Below, piece after piece: positions 1 through 13,311 of a stretch of 64,000 nt of DNA. Every line of letters starts with the position of its first letter. Position 1 is the stretch's first letter. Below the pieces are notes generated by a model. It searched no databases and was not told where the DNA came from. It worked only from the letters and a program-made list of their open reading frames with translations. Position numbers and translations under genes: made by a program. Location: assembly GCA_030141605.1 (NCBI GenBank), contig JAQGDQ010000702.1, positions 45,921 through 109,920 of the forward strand. Direction: 5' to 3'. Source of the stretch: Tubiluchus corallicola (taxonomy: Eukaryota > Animalia > Priapulida).

Positions 1-694
1 AAATGTACATATACTTTTGTTGAATGTGTGAATAATTTTATTTGCGCTGATTTAGTGTACCAGTTTAGCAAATATACAACTACCAAAGCAGCAACACCGA
101 GTTTGGTATATTACTGGCTCTGAAAGGTCACGTGTCTCTGTGAAGTAATAGTTAGAATACCTGCCCAGAAAGTGAGCCTTAGGTTCGAATCCTAGTAGAA
201 TGCAAAAAAATTCAGATTTTCTAATTTAATCGCCAATTGCCTTCGTGTGTTTACACGATTAATCTTGTACTACGATTCCCTCTTGGCAGACCTCTAATAG
301 CTTATAGTGCAAATTTAAGAATGTGAAGTCAAGTGCCTCTATGTGACCTAAAGATCAGCATAACTAAGTTACAAGGAGCACAGGCGCCCGTACGGAGTTG
401 CAAATAGAACGTAATACATAGGGAATTTCACAAAAGTACACGCCAAAGCAAGGCCAATTGGAATTTCACAAAGTCACATCGAAAACCGAAAATTTGAGGC
501 TCATTGCAGATTTTAAGGCTCTAAACTGCAGCTTGTGTACAATCTTGCTCTGATTATCCAAGCAGATGATAAATCAGCAAAAGTATCGAACTCGTTTACC
601 TTTGCCCCGTTCGTTGTGAAGGTATAAGAATTCTCGGTAATAACTGACCCATAATGTCGTATCTTATGCCAAATGAGTATTTACGAATTTTCAG

Positions 695-838
695 TGATTT
701 GCTTATTGGGTTTGTCGGATGACGTCAGAAGGCTGTTGCTACACGCGCATGCGCTTGATATGACAAACGGTGATTACGTATTCATCGCTACCGGACGGTT
801 TCAAGAAGATTATCTAGGAAAGTCTCCATGGTGGAGAG
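695..838 (+). CDS. Natriuretic-peptide-receptor / receptor guanylyl cyclase-like gene, internal ectodomain exon A
   Basis: tttcag|...|gtaaaa, phase 1-1. Translates VICLLGLSDDVRRLLLHAHALDMTNGDYVFIATGRFQEDYLGKSPWWRG, matching the ANF-receptor 'R..ML.AH..GMT.GDY.F...PW.RG' region. Confidence 0.85.
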
Positions 839-1190
839 GTAAAATTTGACGTTGTTGGGTTTTTTCATAAATTAAGCGTTTTAAAAATGAAAAATTAGGC
901 CTGCTAAAACAGCCCACCAATAGCTTTTATAGGTATGTTAGCACTGAAAATAAATAAAAGCTATTAAAAACTAATATTTTAGTTGATGACACCAGCAGGC
1001 GTCATAACAATGCTATTGTAAATTTATTGGTAAGTCGTTACATACATTGTAAAGTCTAAGAAGTTAATCCAAGAGTGAGTTGTAACAACCTAGTGAGACA
1101 CGATACTCAATAGATTTTACCTGCTTACTCACAGTCATTCTCAGCAGTGCAGGACAAACAGCTTTCAATTCGAATAAATGTCATTAATTG

Positions 1191-2422
<1,232 letters not shown>

Positions 2423-2515
2423 ATGTAGAATAGCGTCAAAACGTTGATGGGTTGTAGCAATCTTCATGATTCTCGACAATTTGTAATTGCATGGTTTAAC
2501 AGTTTAATAAATTAG

Positions 2516-2664
2516 GTGATGAAAATGACATAGCAGCAAGAAAAGCTTATGAATCACTGATGGTGATCACACTGGCTGGTAATTCTGGACCAAAGTGGGA
2601 TGCTTTCACGGTGGAGGTCAAAGAAAGGTCACTTAGAGACTACAATTACGCCTGGAAGGAACAC
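2516..2664 (+). CDS. NPR/rGC-like gene, exon B
   Basis: attag|...|gtatgt, phase 1-0. Translates GDENDIAARKAYESLMVITLAGNSGPKWDAFTVEVKERSLRDYNYAWKEH and continues the frame of exon A. Confidence 0.85.
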
Positions 2665-2847
2665 GTATGTTTTTGCAGTTTTAATGCAGACCTCGTTAAT
2701 TAACTTTGCTTTTCTGAGAGTTGCCATGGTCATAATCGTAAAGAAGTAAAATGCAAAAAATCTCAAAAAATTCAAAAAAAGTTCAGAAGAAAAAATAATT
2801 TTTTTAGATCTTTGGGCATCTCAACTTCTTTTACGATTAAGACTAGT

Positions 2848-3249
2848 TGTTGTTGTTGTTGTTGCTGTTGTTGTTGTTGACATCCTTCTGTCTCGGAAGA
2901 CAATGGAGTGTGCGCCAAGAGAGTCAGTTATTGATCACATTGATGGAGCTGCTGCGTCGACTGTGGCTGAGCAGTCCGATCCTTGAACGTCTCCAGGGCG
3001 AACGCCTGGGCAAGGTGTATGGAGATCCTGAGTTGCCCGGACAACAGGAACCCCCTCTCTTCCTCCCTGGTGTAGTCCAAAGGAAAGCGGAGCGATACGT
3101 TTGGCACCAGGTTGGCTGCTGGAGCTGCAGGAGTCAGTGAGCATGCTGCACTGGTCCGCCTTCGGAGCTCCACTCCCGATTTGGAAGGTTTACTATTCTA
3201 CACATGGGTCACTTGACCTCCTCCGCCCTCTAGCCGGTGGCTGCATGTG
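2848..3249 (-). mobile_element. Short RTE-clade non-LTR retroelement copy with (CAA)n tail and 14-bp TSD
   Basis: TSD cgattaagactagt at 2834-2847 and 3250-3263. The minus strand encodes SRIGLLSHSRR (RTE ORF C-terminal motif), followed by a short 3' UTR and the (CAA)n tail. Confidence 0.8.
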
Positions 3250-3394
3250 CGATTAAGACTAGTAATAACTTAAATGTACAGTTTCTCAAGCTGGACAAGA
3301 AGTGGACAATAACAATAATAATGAAGTAATAAATTGCAAGTCAAGATGAACCTGAAGAACAAAATTTAAAAGGAAAGTATTGAAATATTTATAG

Positions 3395-3527
3395 GTTAAC
3401 TATGTGGTTGGTTGTTTCTACGATGCGGTTTTGATGCATGCTCTCTCAGTAAGACTTCTACTAGATGAAGGAGAGCAACTAGAAGGATTAGCTGTTGCAC
3501 AAAAATTGTGGAATTCCACTTTCACCG
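3395..3527 (+). CDS. NPR/rGC-like gene, exon C
   Basis: atag|...|gtaact, phase 0-1. Translates VNYVVGCFYDAVLMHALSVRLLLDEGEQLEGLAVAQKLWNSTFTG (FYDAV and W-N-x-T-F-x-G motifs). Confidence 0.88.
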
Positions 3528-4935
3528 GTAACTGTCTTTGCTTTAAATTTTGAACTTTCATTTAAAAGGAAAATCAGAAGCTGTTATTCTGTTATTTTAT
3601 CATTACGCTTAACATAATTTGATTAAAGACTATTGCATATCTTTGTTTCATTATATTTTGTTTGAGTTTATCATGCATATTTTGTTTCGTTCACTGATTT
3701 ATTATTTATGTTTTATTTATTTTTTTTGGTTTGACTTTTCTCTAGTTTGTTTTATGTTTTAATCGGTTAGTTAAACGCTTTACATATTTTGTTAATCATC
3801 ATTTCATATTTTTCATTTTATTTCTTTGTTGCGTAGCTTTTTTAGTTATTTCGCTTTCATGTTTAATGTATTCCCCCATAAATTCATGTTAACAGCAGCA
3901 CTAGAAATTTTTTACAAGTTACACTAACCTGAGAAGGGTAGCTGACTCGATGACCAATTGATGATTTCGCTACCCTTTCTCCTACACCCCCTTAACTCTT
4001 TACTTTATGCTTAATTTATCCTTTTTAATCAATAACTATAAAAATAGTCAATTTGTATACAGGTGTAAATGAGGAGATAAATAAAAATGTCTCTGTGTCT
4101 CTATCTGCCAAGTGCTGCTACGTATCAAAGAGTGTCAATTTTAGGTCGCGTTTTTTTATTTAATGTTTTACTTGCATAATTATAAAACTGGTTACAATCG
4201 TTATAAATTCAAAAATTGGGAAAATCTTCAAATTAGTGGATTCCATTTCAGATTCTATTTCTAAGGTAGCGGGTATGTAGTACAGAAATACGAATCTTAT
4301 GTGCACTCGTGTTTACTCACACCGTCAGTGTTGTACGGCTGAAACAGCTAAACAACAAGTATATTAAAAACTTATCAGTCTACTACAGAGTGTCTAGACA
4401 ACTTAACAAATTGCACCTATTTCTTCTACTTTTTTGTACAAAGAGATTTTTGTACTCAATCCCTTTCAAACTATCCCCAAAATTCTCCCCACTCACAATA
4501 TGGAGAACGATTTAAATCTCTATTTTCTGATATATAAACATCGATTTTTTTCGTGCATTCCCTTTTACATATAAAAACATCGAGTCTTTTGAGCAATTCT
4601 TTCATTCTGAATCACTCTTTTGAGCAATTCATTCAAATAAGAACTTTATCAAAACACTAAAACCAAACCAAAAAAGCTTTGAAACGTTTCCACGGTAGCA
4701 GCTGGCATTCATCATCAGTGAACTATTTGTACTATGAAGCCATGAAGGTTTACCAAGGCCTATTGGCTTCAGTAAGTGTATGTATAATTGGAAGCTATTG
4801 ATGAGATATAAATAAGTAAATACAGCAGCTATTTAGACAGAAAGTACAGTAGTATTACGAAAGCAAAACCTAATGTAAGGAAATTGATTTGCCACGAGGT
4901 GGGATTTACTATTGTACATTGACAAATTTCTTTAA

Positions 4936-5229
4936 CCCTTTCAGTCCCAAATTATTTTTTTAATACGAAAAAAATTTTTAGCTTGGTACTTTTCTTCAGT
5001 ATGTCCATCCTGTTTACACATAATAATTATTTTTTTCTACCTTCATTCTAACTACCTGCGTACACAACATTCTTTGTCATGTGCAAAAAAACAAAGTTCG
5101 ACTTCTTTAAAAACACAACAAAAGCAAAAAATATGCTTCATTTTGCAACTGCTGATAATTTTTTTTTAAATATTTAACACATTTAGTAAGTGTGCTATGC
5201 TGATCCGTATAATCACGGGTATGAAAGGG
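4936..5229. mobile_element. piggyBac-like MITE
   Basis: TTAA|ccctttca ... tgaaaggg|TTAA termini. Confidence 0.6.
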
Positions 5230-5409
5230 TTAATTGTTTGTTTGAGTGATCACAATGATTATATCCTAGTAACGTATAGCAGTATGTCAGCATATTCAGA
5301 GGCAGAGATTTGGTCATAAATACTACATTTTGCTACGACTAAATAATAACTAAACACTAGGTGGATTTTTACATTTCTGTCCAGTAAAAACCGGTTAAAT
5401 TTTTTCCAG

Positions 5410-5643
5410 GAATATCTGGTGAGGTAGTAATAGACGATGAAGGTAGTCGAATTGCCGACTTTTCTTTACTTGATATGAACGATATTGTCGACGGAACGTT
5501 TCGTGTTGTCGCAGAGTACTATGGCACTCGTCGAGTGTACCATCCGGCAACTCATAGCCATCCACACTGGCCTGCTGGCGCCCCTCCACTGGATGTGCCT
5601 CCTTGTGGGTTCAAGGGCACAAACCCTGAATGTCGCAAAAAAG
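5410..5643 (+). CDS. NPR/rGC-like gene, exon D (juxtamembrane ectodomain)
   Basis: ttccag|...|gtgatt, phase 1-1. Translates GISGEVVIDDEGSRIADFSLLDM...HWPAGAPPLDVPPCGFKGTNPEC, with the typical 'WP.G.PP.D.P.CGF' motif. Confidence 0.9.
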
Positions 5644-5896
5644 GTGATTTTTTACTTTTTTTGCAGTGTATCATTAATAACAATTTTTCATCATCTTCTT
5701 TTATTTAACAGAAGTTTCGCGCCACGCACATCATTCTCAATGTTAATGCTAATTAGTAACCCAAAAGTGTAACACTGTTACTTTGTTTCAAAATGAACAG
5801 GCAGCTGTGCAGTGCCAGCTTCTTTATCACCGCCATTGCACTTTCTACTACAGAGCATCCTTGTCGTGAAATGTACAGCGTTTGTGATTTTTTCAG

Positions 5897-5978
5897 GATT
5901 CCCAATTGCTGGATTAATCATTGCTGGGATTTTTGTACTACTTAATCTGATCGCAATTGCAGCATTTCTTATATACAG
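5897..5978 (+). CDS. NPR/rGC-like gene, transmembrane exon
   Basis: tttcag|...|gtgatc. Translates GFPIAGLIIAGIFVLLNLIAIAAFLIYR, a hydrophobic helix ending in YR; unspliced read-through gives TAC AGG TGA. Confidence 0.85.
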
Positions 5979-6146
5979 GTGATCCGCTGTCTTCTGTTTT
6001 AGCTGTTTAATCCCTTTTTCTTTACACTTTAACCTCACTGCTTATCGTTTTTTATTGCTAAAATACTTTCTCAATCTCTTTGCTTTCCCTGTCGCTCTCT
6101 CTCTCCCTCTCTCCTTCTCTCCCTCTCTCCCTCTCTCCCTCTCTCC

Positions 6147-6231
<85 letters not shown>

Positions 6232-6511
6232 AATAGCAGTGGTGTGTGTACATCGTCTCTGTCTATTCGAGCTAATTTAATATATTTATAGTGAGAGTTG
6301 TAAAGTGAAACTTATATCATATTCTGCATGAATAAAAAACGCATCCAGTTTAATGATTGGTTGAATTCTAAGAAAAACGATTGTCAAGATATTTCTGAAA
6401 AACTAAAATTCTGCAATAATTCTTTTGTGAAGTTTTGCGTTACTTACCTGGTAAAACGGGTTTTCTTCCATGTATCAGTGTAGGGGTGATATCACGCCTA
6501 ATTAACAGACA

Positions 6512-7828
6512 ATGGCAACATGTATATTGTGTAGACGCAAGTATCCTGATGCGTCAAGCAGGATCGAATTTGGCTATCTCATTCTTTGTAACAAATGTTA
6601 CAACGCTAGAATATCAGAAAGCGCAGGTGCTATTATACCCATCCAAGTTGAAAATGTCCAGGAAAGAGGCTCAGTAAGCAAGAATGCTGTATGCAGTGAC
6701 ACAGACGATGACAGTATAAGTCTAATTCACAACGAACTGAATTACTTTGCTCAAAATCAGTTGGAGGCAGGAGTGCCATTTGTAGATTTGGCTAAGGTTA
6801 TTCACGACTTTTATTCGGAGGAAAAATGTGATGAGGCGAAAGCGGTGCTTATTGGTCTTATACCACGCGACAATACAGACAATCCAGAATTCGTGAAGAA
6901 CAGAATCGGTCCATCCAAAAAGGCAAATGTGTGCAATGACATACTGAAGCTCTTGCAATACGGCCCTATAATAAATGCTGCGCCTGCACCGAGATTTGCG
7001 GCCGCTTTCTCTCAAAACATCCCGCCAATGAGTCTGAAATCAATGGATACATCAGTATTGTTAAAACAACTTCAAATTGTGCAGCAGGACCTAGCGGTAT
7101 TGAAAGATAAATTCATAACGAAGGAGGACTTAAATGAAATATTAGACGCACGTTTTGCCAGCTCTAACATTGCCATAGCAAAGCAGAAGAGCTATTCTTC
7201 AGTAGTCCAGTCAGCAGGTGTGTTATCTTCCTCTGCAAAGTCTATCCCGCATAAGCCACCTACCACAAAGACGGTCACGCTGGGTGATTCAGATAAGGAT
7301 AGTGATGGCTTCACTAAAGTCGTACGTTCTAGTAAACTCCCCAGACTTCCTTTAACGAAGCCAGCATCTAAGCGGGTTATAACTGGCACTGCAACCAATA
7401 GTGAGGTAAAATCCAGCAAGCCGTTACGACAGTTGTTCGTTACGCGACTGGATCCGGACACTAACACTGGTGACATAGAACGGTTAATTATAGACCAATG
7501 CGACATTAAGGTGACTGTAAAACAGCTGCAGACGAAGTACAATACGTATAGTTCATTTGTGGTTAGCTGCTTCGGTAATGAAGAGAAGGACCAGATAATG
7601 AATCCGGAGATCTGGCCAGCTGGGGTGCTTGTTAAGCCATATTTCCCCCCGAAATCTGCACCTGACGGCAAAGATAAAAACGCTACAGCTAAGACAAGCG
7701 ATCAGTCACAATCCGTGGCTGAGGCTGCTCAATCTACCGATGCTGGACATACAACGCAAGCGAGCTTGACACTCCTGGCAGCAAAGTCAACGTTCCTGGG
7801 GCTCAATGAGTTCTGTTGCTTCGAGTGA
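6512..7828 (+). CDS. LINE ORF1 (N-terminal CxxC...CxxC, coiled coil, C-terminal RRM-like domain)
   Basis: 438 aa with CILC/CNKC and LFVTRLDP...YSSFVV...IWPAGVLVKPY, a signature common in invertebrate LINE ORF1. Confidence 0.85.
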   Translation: MATCILCRRKYPDASSRIEFGYLILCNKCYNARISESAGAIIPIQVENVQERGSVSKNAVCSDTDDDSISLIHNELNYFAQNQLEAGVPFVDLAKVIHDFYSEEKCDEAKAVLIGLIPRDNTDNPEFVKNRIGPSKKANVCNDILKLLQYGPIINAAPAPRFAAAFSQNIPPMSLKSMDTSVLLKQLQIVQQDLAVLKDKFITKEDLNEILDARFASSNIAIAKQKSYSSVVQSAGVLSSSAKSIPHKPPTTKTVTLGDSDKDSDGFTKVVRSSKLPRLPLTKPASKRVITGTATNSEVKSSKPLRQLFVTRLDPDTNTGDIERLIIDQCDIKVTVKQLQTKYNTYSSFVVSCFGNEEKDQIMNPEIWPAGVLVKPYFPPKSAPDGKDKNATAKTSDQSQSVAEAAQSTDAGHTTQASLTLLAAKSTFLGLNEFCCFE

Positions 7829-10719
7829 TGGAAAATCTTGACATGGATAGCGACAATGTGTTAAAAACTCTAAAAATTGTAAGTTACAATTGTAACTCAA
7901 TTACTAATTCCGAGTCAAAGTTTGTCATAAGTGAACTATGTAATGAGTTTGATATAATTCTGCTCCAAGAAACTATGTTGCCTAAGCAGGACTTAGGTCA
8001 CTTGTCTAAAATACATCCATCTTTTTATGGGAGAGGTGTATCACCCACTGATTTGTCTAAAGGGTTGCTTGATGGTAGACCCCATGGAGGTCTAGCTGTT
8101 CTCTGGCGAAAATCACTGCCGGGTGAACATAATGTTCTGATATACGAAAGCGAATATAGAATAATGGGGTTTTCTATGAGACTGCCTGGAAAACTTATGC
8201 CTCTTGTTTTTTATAACGTGTACTTTCCATGTGAATCTGATGGCAATTTAGATGATTTTAGACTTTGTCTTGGTAAACTTAATGCATATATTGAAGAAAC
8301 TACGTCAAGCTATGTTTGCTGTATCGGAGACTATAATGCTCATCCAGCAAAGGCCTTTTTTCGTGAATTAGCTGATAATTGTTCGGCTAATAATTACTTT
8401 ATTTCGGATGTTAACCAACTACCCTCAACAACCTTTACCTATGTTAGTGCAGCTCACAACACATGTACGTGGTTGGACCACATTATATGCACCGAAGCAG
8501 CAAACAAGTTGATTAATATGATTAATATAAATTATGATCTGACTGTACGTGATCACATGCCATTAATTGCAGTTTTCGATGTAGACAGCTTGGTTTCTGG
8601 CTGGTCAGACAGCCCTGTAAATACCAATTGTGCACTAGGCCTAAACGCTTCAAACCAAAATTATGTTGCAAAACATGCCCCGGATTGGAGTAATGCAACC
8701 AATGTTCAACTGGGTAATTATTATTCTATGACACATGCGGCTCTACTTGATGTATTAGTACCATACTCTACAGTCCTGTGCTCTGATATTCATTGTAGCA
8801 GTGATGCACACAGGCAAGAAATAACCAGTTTTCATGATGCAATAATTAACACTCTTAGTACAGCAGCTTCACAAGCTTTTCCCATTAATGAAAGAAAGAG
8901 AAACTCTTGGAACTCTGTACCAGGGTGGAATGAATTTGTTGCCGAAAAACACAATTATTCACGACAATGCTTTGTCAATTGGCGTATGCTAGGTAAACCT
9001 CGCAGCGGTCCTATTGCAGAAGAAATGCGTCGAGCTCGTGCTCAATTTAAATATGCCCTACGCGATTGTAAAAAACATCAGCAAAGCATTGTATCAGACA
9101 AAATTGCCTACCGTCTTATGCATTGCAACTCCTATCAGTTTTGGAAAACAATAAAGAAAGAAACAAATTCTAAACTTCCTCTTCCCTCTAGCGTTAATAA
9201 CGTAACAGGGGAAAATAACATTTGTAATATGTGGGCGGAGCACTATCGCGTTCTTTTTAATTCGGTTGATAATGGAAATTTGGAGGAGCAGCTGCACCGG
9301 GCCCGTGCAGAAGATATGCATATTATACCCAAGTTTACTGTTAGAGAGGTGCAAGATGCAATCGGCACACTAACTTTGCATAAATCTGCAGGTCCTGATG
9401 GTATACAGGCCGAACATTTTAAGTATTCTTCTTCAATGTTACCGGTTCTTTTATCCTTGTTGTTTAGCTCCTGTTTGATTCACGGCTTTCTTCCTGAATC
9501 GCTAATGATGTCTGTATTAATTCCTCTAGTAAAGGATAAAAATAAAGATATTACGGATGCAAATAACTATAGGCCAATTGCACTAGCTTCTATTGCCAGC
9601 AAAATATTCGAAATTTTATTACTTAACAGATACAAACAGTATATTCCAACAACTCCTAATCAGTTTGGCTATGTAGAAAAACTTGGCACTGAAATTTGCA
9701 TAAACACATTAAAGGAGATCATTGACTACTACATTAGTCGTGATAGCTCTGTTCACATTGTTTTTATCGACGCATCAAAGGCATTTGATAGGGTTAATTT
9801 CTTCAAGCTTTTTCTTAAACTCACAAAGACTTCAATCCTGAATATTGTAATCCGCTTGCTCACATTTTATTACACGCAGCAAGGCATGTCTGTCAGGTGG
9901 GGACATAGTCAGTCTACAACTTTTATTATTGGAAATGGAGTACGCCAAGGTGGCAAGATGTCACCTTTTCTTTTTAATTTTTATTTTAAAGATCTAAGTG
10001 TTAAGCTTTCATCCACCCAACTTGGTTGCAATGTGTCGAACATGGTTATGAACCACCTGATGTACGCTGACGATGTTTGTTTGTTAGCAACAACGATTAC
10101 GGCCCTACAGCAACTACTAGACGTGTATAAATTGTATGCTGAACAGTATGACATAAAAATCAATGTAGCTAAAACTAAACTTATGTCTGTTAATTCAAGC
10201 ATCATGAGAGATTTTATGTTTGGTAACATCAAACTAGATAATAATGTTTTACGTACCTGTGATAATGAAAAATATTTGGGACATATTATTTCAAATGATA
10301 ACCGAGATGACCTTGACATTATTAATCAAAGATCCCTATACTATTGTCGTACAAACCAACTTATTAGAAAATTCAGCTATTGTTCTGTTGATGTTAAAAG
10401 ATATCTATTTAATGCTTACTGTAATACATTCTATTGCATGTCTACTTGGAGACATTTTAATAATGGTAATATCTTAAAACTTAAAATTGCGCACAATGTG
10501 TCAAAAAGATTATTTTTCGGATATGCATATGATTACAGTGCTCGTGAGATGAGTGTTGAAATTCACGTGATGTATTTTGATGTATTACGTAGAAAATCTG
10601 TGTTAAGTTTAATGAAAAGATTTGATACTAGTGATAATTTAATGTGCCAGAAAATTTTAGTAAGCGATGCCAAATTTACATCGTACATAAGACAGCAATG
10701 GTGGAGACTATTATTGTAA
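7828..10719 (+). CDS. LINE ORF2, apurinic-like endonuclease + reverse transcriptase
   Basis: First ATG at 7828. Endonuclease motifs SYNCNS, LLQET, GGLAVL, GDYNAH, WLDHI, RDHMPL. RT motifs KSAGPDGI, YRPIAL, DASKAFDRV, GVRQGG, YADD, YLG. No stops or frameshifts. Confidence 0.97.
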   Translation: MENLDMDSDNVLKTLKIVSYNCNSITNSESKFVISELCNEFDIILLQETMLPKQDLGHLSKIHPSFYGRGVSPTDLSKGLLDGRPHGGLAVLWRKSLPGEHNVLIYESEYRIMGFSMRLPGKLMPLVFYNVYFPCESDGNLDDFRLCLGKLNAYIEETTSSYVCCIGDYNAHPAKAFFRELADNCSANNYFISDVNQLPSTTFTYVSAAHNTCTWLDHIICTEAANKLINMININYDLTVRDHMPLIAVFDVDSLVSGWSDSPVNTNCALGLNASNQNYVAKHAPDWSNATNVQLGNYYSMTHAALLDVLVPYSTVLCSDIHCSSDAHRQEITSFHDAIINTLSTAASQAFPINERKRNSWNSVPGWNEFVAEKHNYSRQCFVNWRMLGKPRSGPIAEEMRRARAQFKYALRDCKKHQQSIVSDKIAYRLMHCNSYQFWKTIKKETNSKLPLPSSVNNVTGENNICNMWAEHYRVLFNSVDNGNLEEQLHRARAEDMHIIPKFTVREVQDAIGTLTLHKSAGPDGIQAEHFKYSSSMLPVLLSLLFSSCLIHGFLPESLMMSVLIPLVKDKNKDITDANNYRPIALASIASKIFEILLLNRYKQYIPTTPNQFGYVEKLGTEICINTLKEIIDYYISRDSSVHIVFIDASKAFDRVNFFKLFLKLTKTSILNIVIRLLTFYYTQQGMSVRWGHSQSTTFIIGNGVRQGGKMSPFLFNFYFKDLSVKLSSTQLGCNVSNMVMNHLMYADDVCLLATTITALQQLLDVYKLYAEQYDIKINVAKTKLMSVNSSIMRDFMFGNIKLDNNVLRTCDNEKYLGHIISNDNRDDLDIINQRSLYYCRTNQLIRKFSYCSVDVKRYLFNAYCNTFYCMSTWRHFNNGNILKLKIAHNVSKRLFFGYAYDYSAREMSVEIHVMYFDVLRRKSVLSLMKRFDTSDNLMCQKILVSDAKFTSYIRQQWWRLLL

Positions 10720-10901
10720 TTTTCATGTTTAACTAAGTTTGTGTGTGATTTGTTTGTAGTGGTTTTTTGTTTTTATGATGTTGTATGTTGTATATATGTA
10801 ATTTATATTATGAACTTATGTTTGAAATAAAGAATTAAATCAAAATTAAATCAAATCTCTCTCTCTTTCTTCCTCCCTCTCTTTCTTTTGTCTGACCCTC
10901 T

Positions 10902-10975
<74 letters not shown>

Positions 10976-11326
10976 CCTCTCTCCAGCATCTTCCTCACTG
11001 TCTCTCTCTTTCTCTGCCCCTAGCAAAAAGCACAAGCTTGCTTCCACTATTCATACGGTATATTAGCAATATTCACATGGGACGGTAATTAATTTCTCTT
11101 CTTTTCAATCTACCATAGTTATTATCAGTCAGTTATCGGCACGTTCTTTCATTTTGCAGATTTGCTGTTGTTATTTGTTGTCTCTATTCATTGTCAAGAC
11201 CTGCAGCTGCATCGATGATAAAGTTAATTAATATTATTAATCCCAGTTGATTAAACATACAATCAATAGCAGAAACTATCAAATCATGGCACAATGCTAC
11301 ATGTATTGTATCTGCGTTCAAGATCT

Positions 11327-11663
<337 letters not shown>

Positions 11664-12198
11664 AAGGGCATATCTTCATTAGCACGAATGACTGTGTATT
11701 AATTGCTTTGTAATTAAACTTCTTTCGCAGTTTGTCTATTTTGGCCACCTATCCAATCACTAGACAATCTCGACCTTGCCTAACTTTCAGCAATATTAAA
11801 TTAAGCAGATCCCAAGATGCACTGCGCGTTAATTTAATGAGCCAGTACGGTGCTTTGGTTTACGCTAATTTGCATCCGGGAAATTCGTATATTTTTAATT
11901 AGCTGTCAATTAGTCTAGGATAACTGCAGGTTTTTCCAACAATTAAATTTCTTAGCTAGCCTAGAATGTCAGGAGGTTGCGCACGCAAGCAGAAACAGCA
12001 AAATGAACAACAGAGTAGGCTAGTTTACAAAGTGTTACAGAATTTCGTAGCTAAAAACATTCAGATTTCCATTCAGCTTGGCGCATTTATCTTCACGGTT
12101 TCGTGACGGACTATTTTAACCGTTTCGCACCGTTTGACATACCACAAAATTGAAAGGAAAGCCAAACCCTCTTTGTATTTAGTTTTATTTCAATATAA

Positions 12199-12545
<347 letters not shown>

Positions 12546-12984
12546 AGAAGAAAGGGTGAGAGAATGAAAAATGTTGAAAAAATGTGGTAATAAAAGCTGT
12601 TCGTGTATTTAGCAAAATCACATCGCAATGAAATCACAAAGCACCCATTTTTCCAACAATGACGTCATTCATCGCACAGTCAATTTCCTTCCGTCAAAAA
12701 TATAATAAGTTTTTACATAAAAAGTGGCTAATTTTTTGGTGATTTTGCGTAAGCATTAGATAAGCTGCAGACGTTTGAATTAATATAATCAGCGCGCGCT
12801 TACAGAAAGCCACGATGCAGTTACGAAAAGTCACGAACTACATTGCTTACGTCATTGAAAATTTCTATACACCGGTGGTAAAAAAACTTTATGCTTTGCA
12901 GACAGTTTTTTTGTTAGATTTTTTTTTTAAGTTTAAAGGACAACAGTAAAACAAATTCGACATGCTAAGTGGCTTTTCGTTAGA

Positions 12985-13205
12985 TACAAATTTCAAATTT
13001 ACCGTTTTGCTTATGCATGAGCAGTCGAACGTGTGCAGTTCGTCACAAACCAACACATCTGAACCGAAAGGTACATCACCTGTTTTTTGTGCAATGCGTT
13101 CCCGAAATGCAGGCGCTCATTCCCGTCTAACTAATGAATAGTGAAATGCATGTAACAGCGAAGAACTAGTGGCTCGAACGTGAAATTGTGTTTGTGTGAT
13201 AATAA
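12985..13205. repeat. Dispersed repeat; inverted copy at ~21135-21340, partial copies near 14430-14510 and 21690-21760
   Basis: gcatgtaacagcgaagaactagtggctcgaacgtgaaattgtgtttgtgtg is the near reverse complement of 21140-21190. Confidence 0.75.
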
Positions 13206-13311
13206 TTCTTTCACGTAAGTCATTTTAAAAAAAATAGTATGTTTCGTTCAATATTTTAAAGAGCAAATTGTTTTGACCAGCAGTTCAACATTGGGTCCGG
13301 TTTTGCTTTAA

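Larger units (their letters stand above)
6229..10855 (+). mobile_element. Full-length, apparently intact two-ORF LINE (APE-RT type; clade unresolved, possibly RTE-X-like)
   Basis: 5' UTR, ORF1, ORF2, T-rich 3' UTR, AATAAA at 10826 and a short (AATTAAATCA)-type tail. Flanked on both sides by (CT)n. Confidence 0.93.

Noticed and set aside
140-215. B-box GGTTCGAATCC at ~182; similar degenerate heads near 36480-36530 and 37860-38045
   Set aside because: No cloverleaf; at most decayed SINE heads that cannot be delimited by eye.
7816-7827. ORF-track starts at TTG for LINE ORF2 (7816) and ValRS (42167)
   Set aside because: Eukaryotic initiation favours the first in-frame ATG (7828 and 42179).
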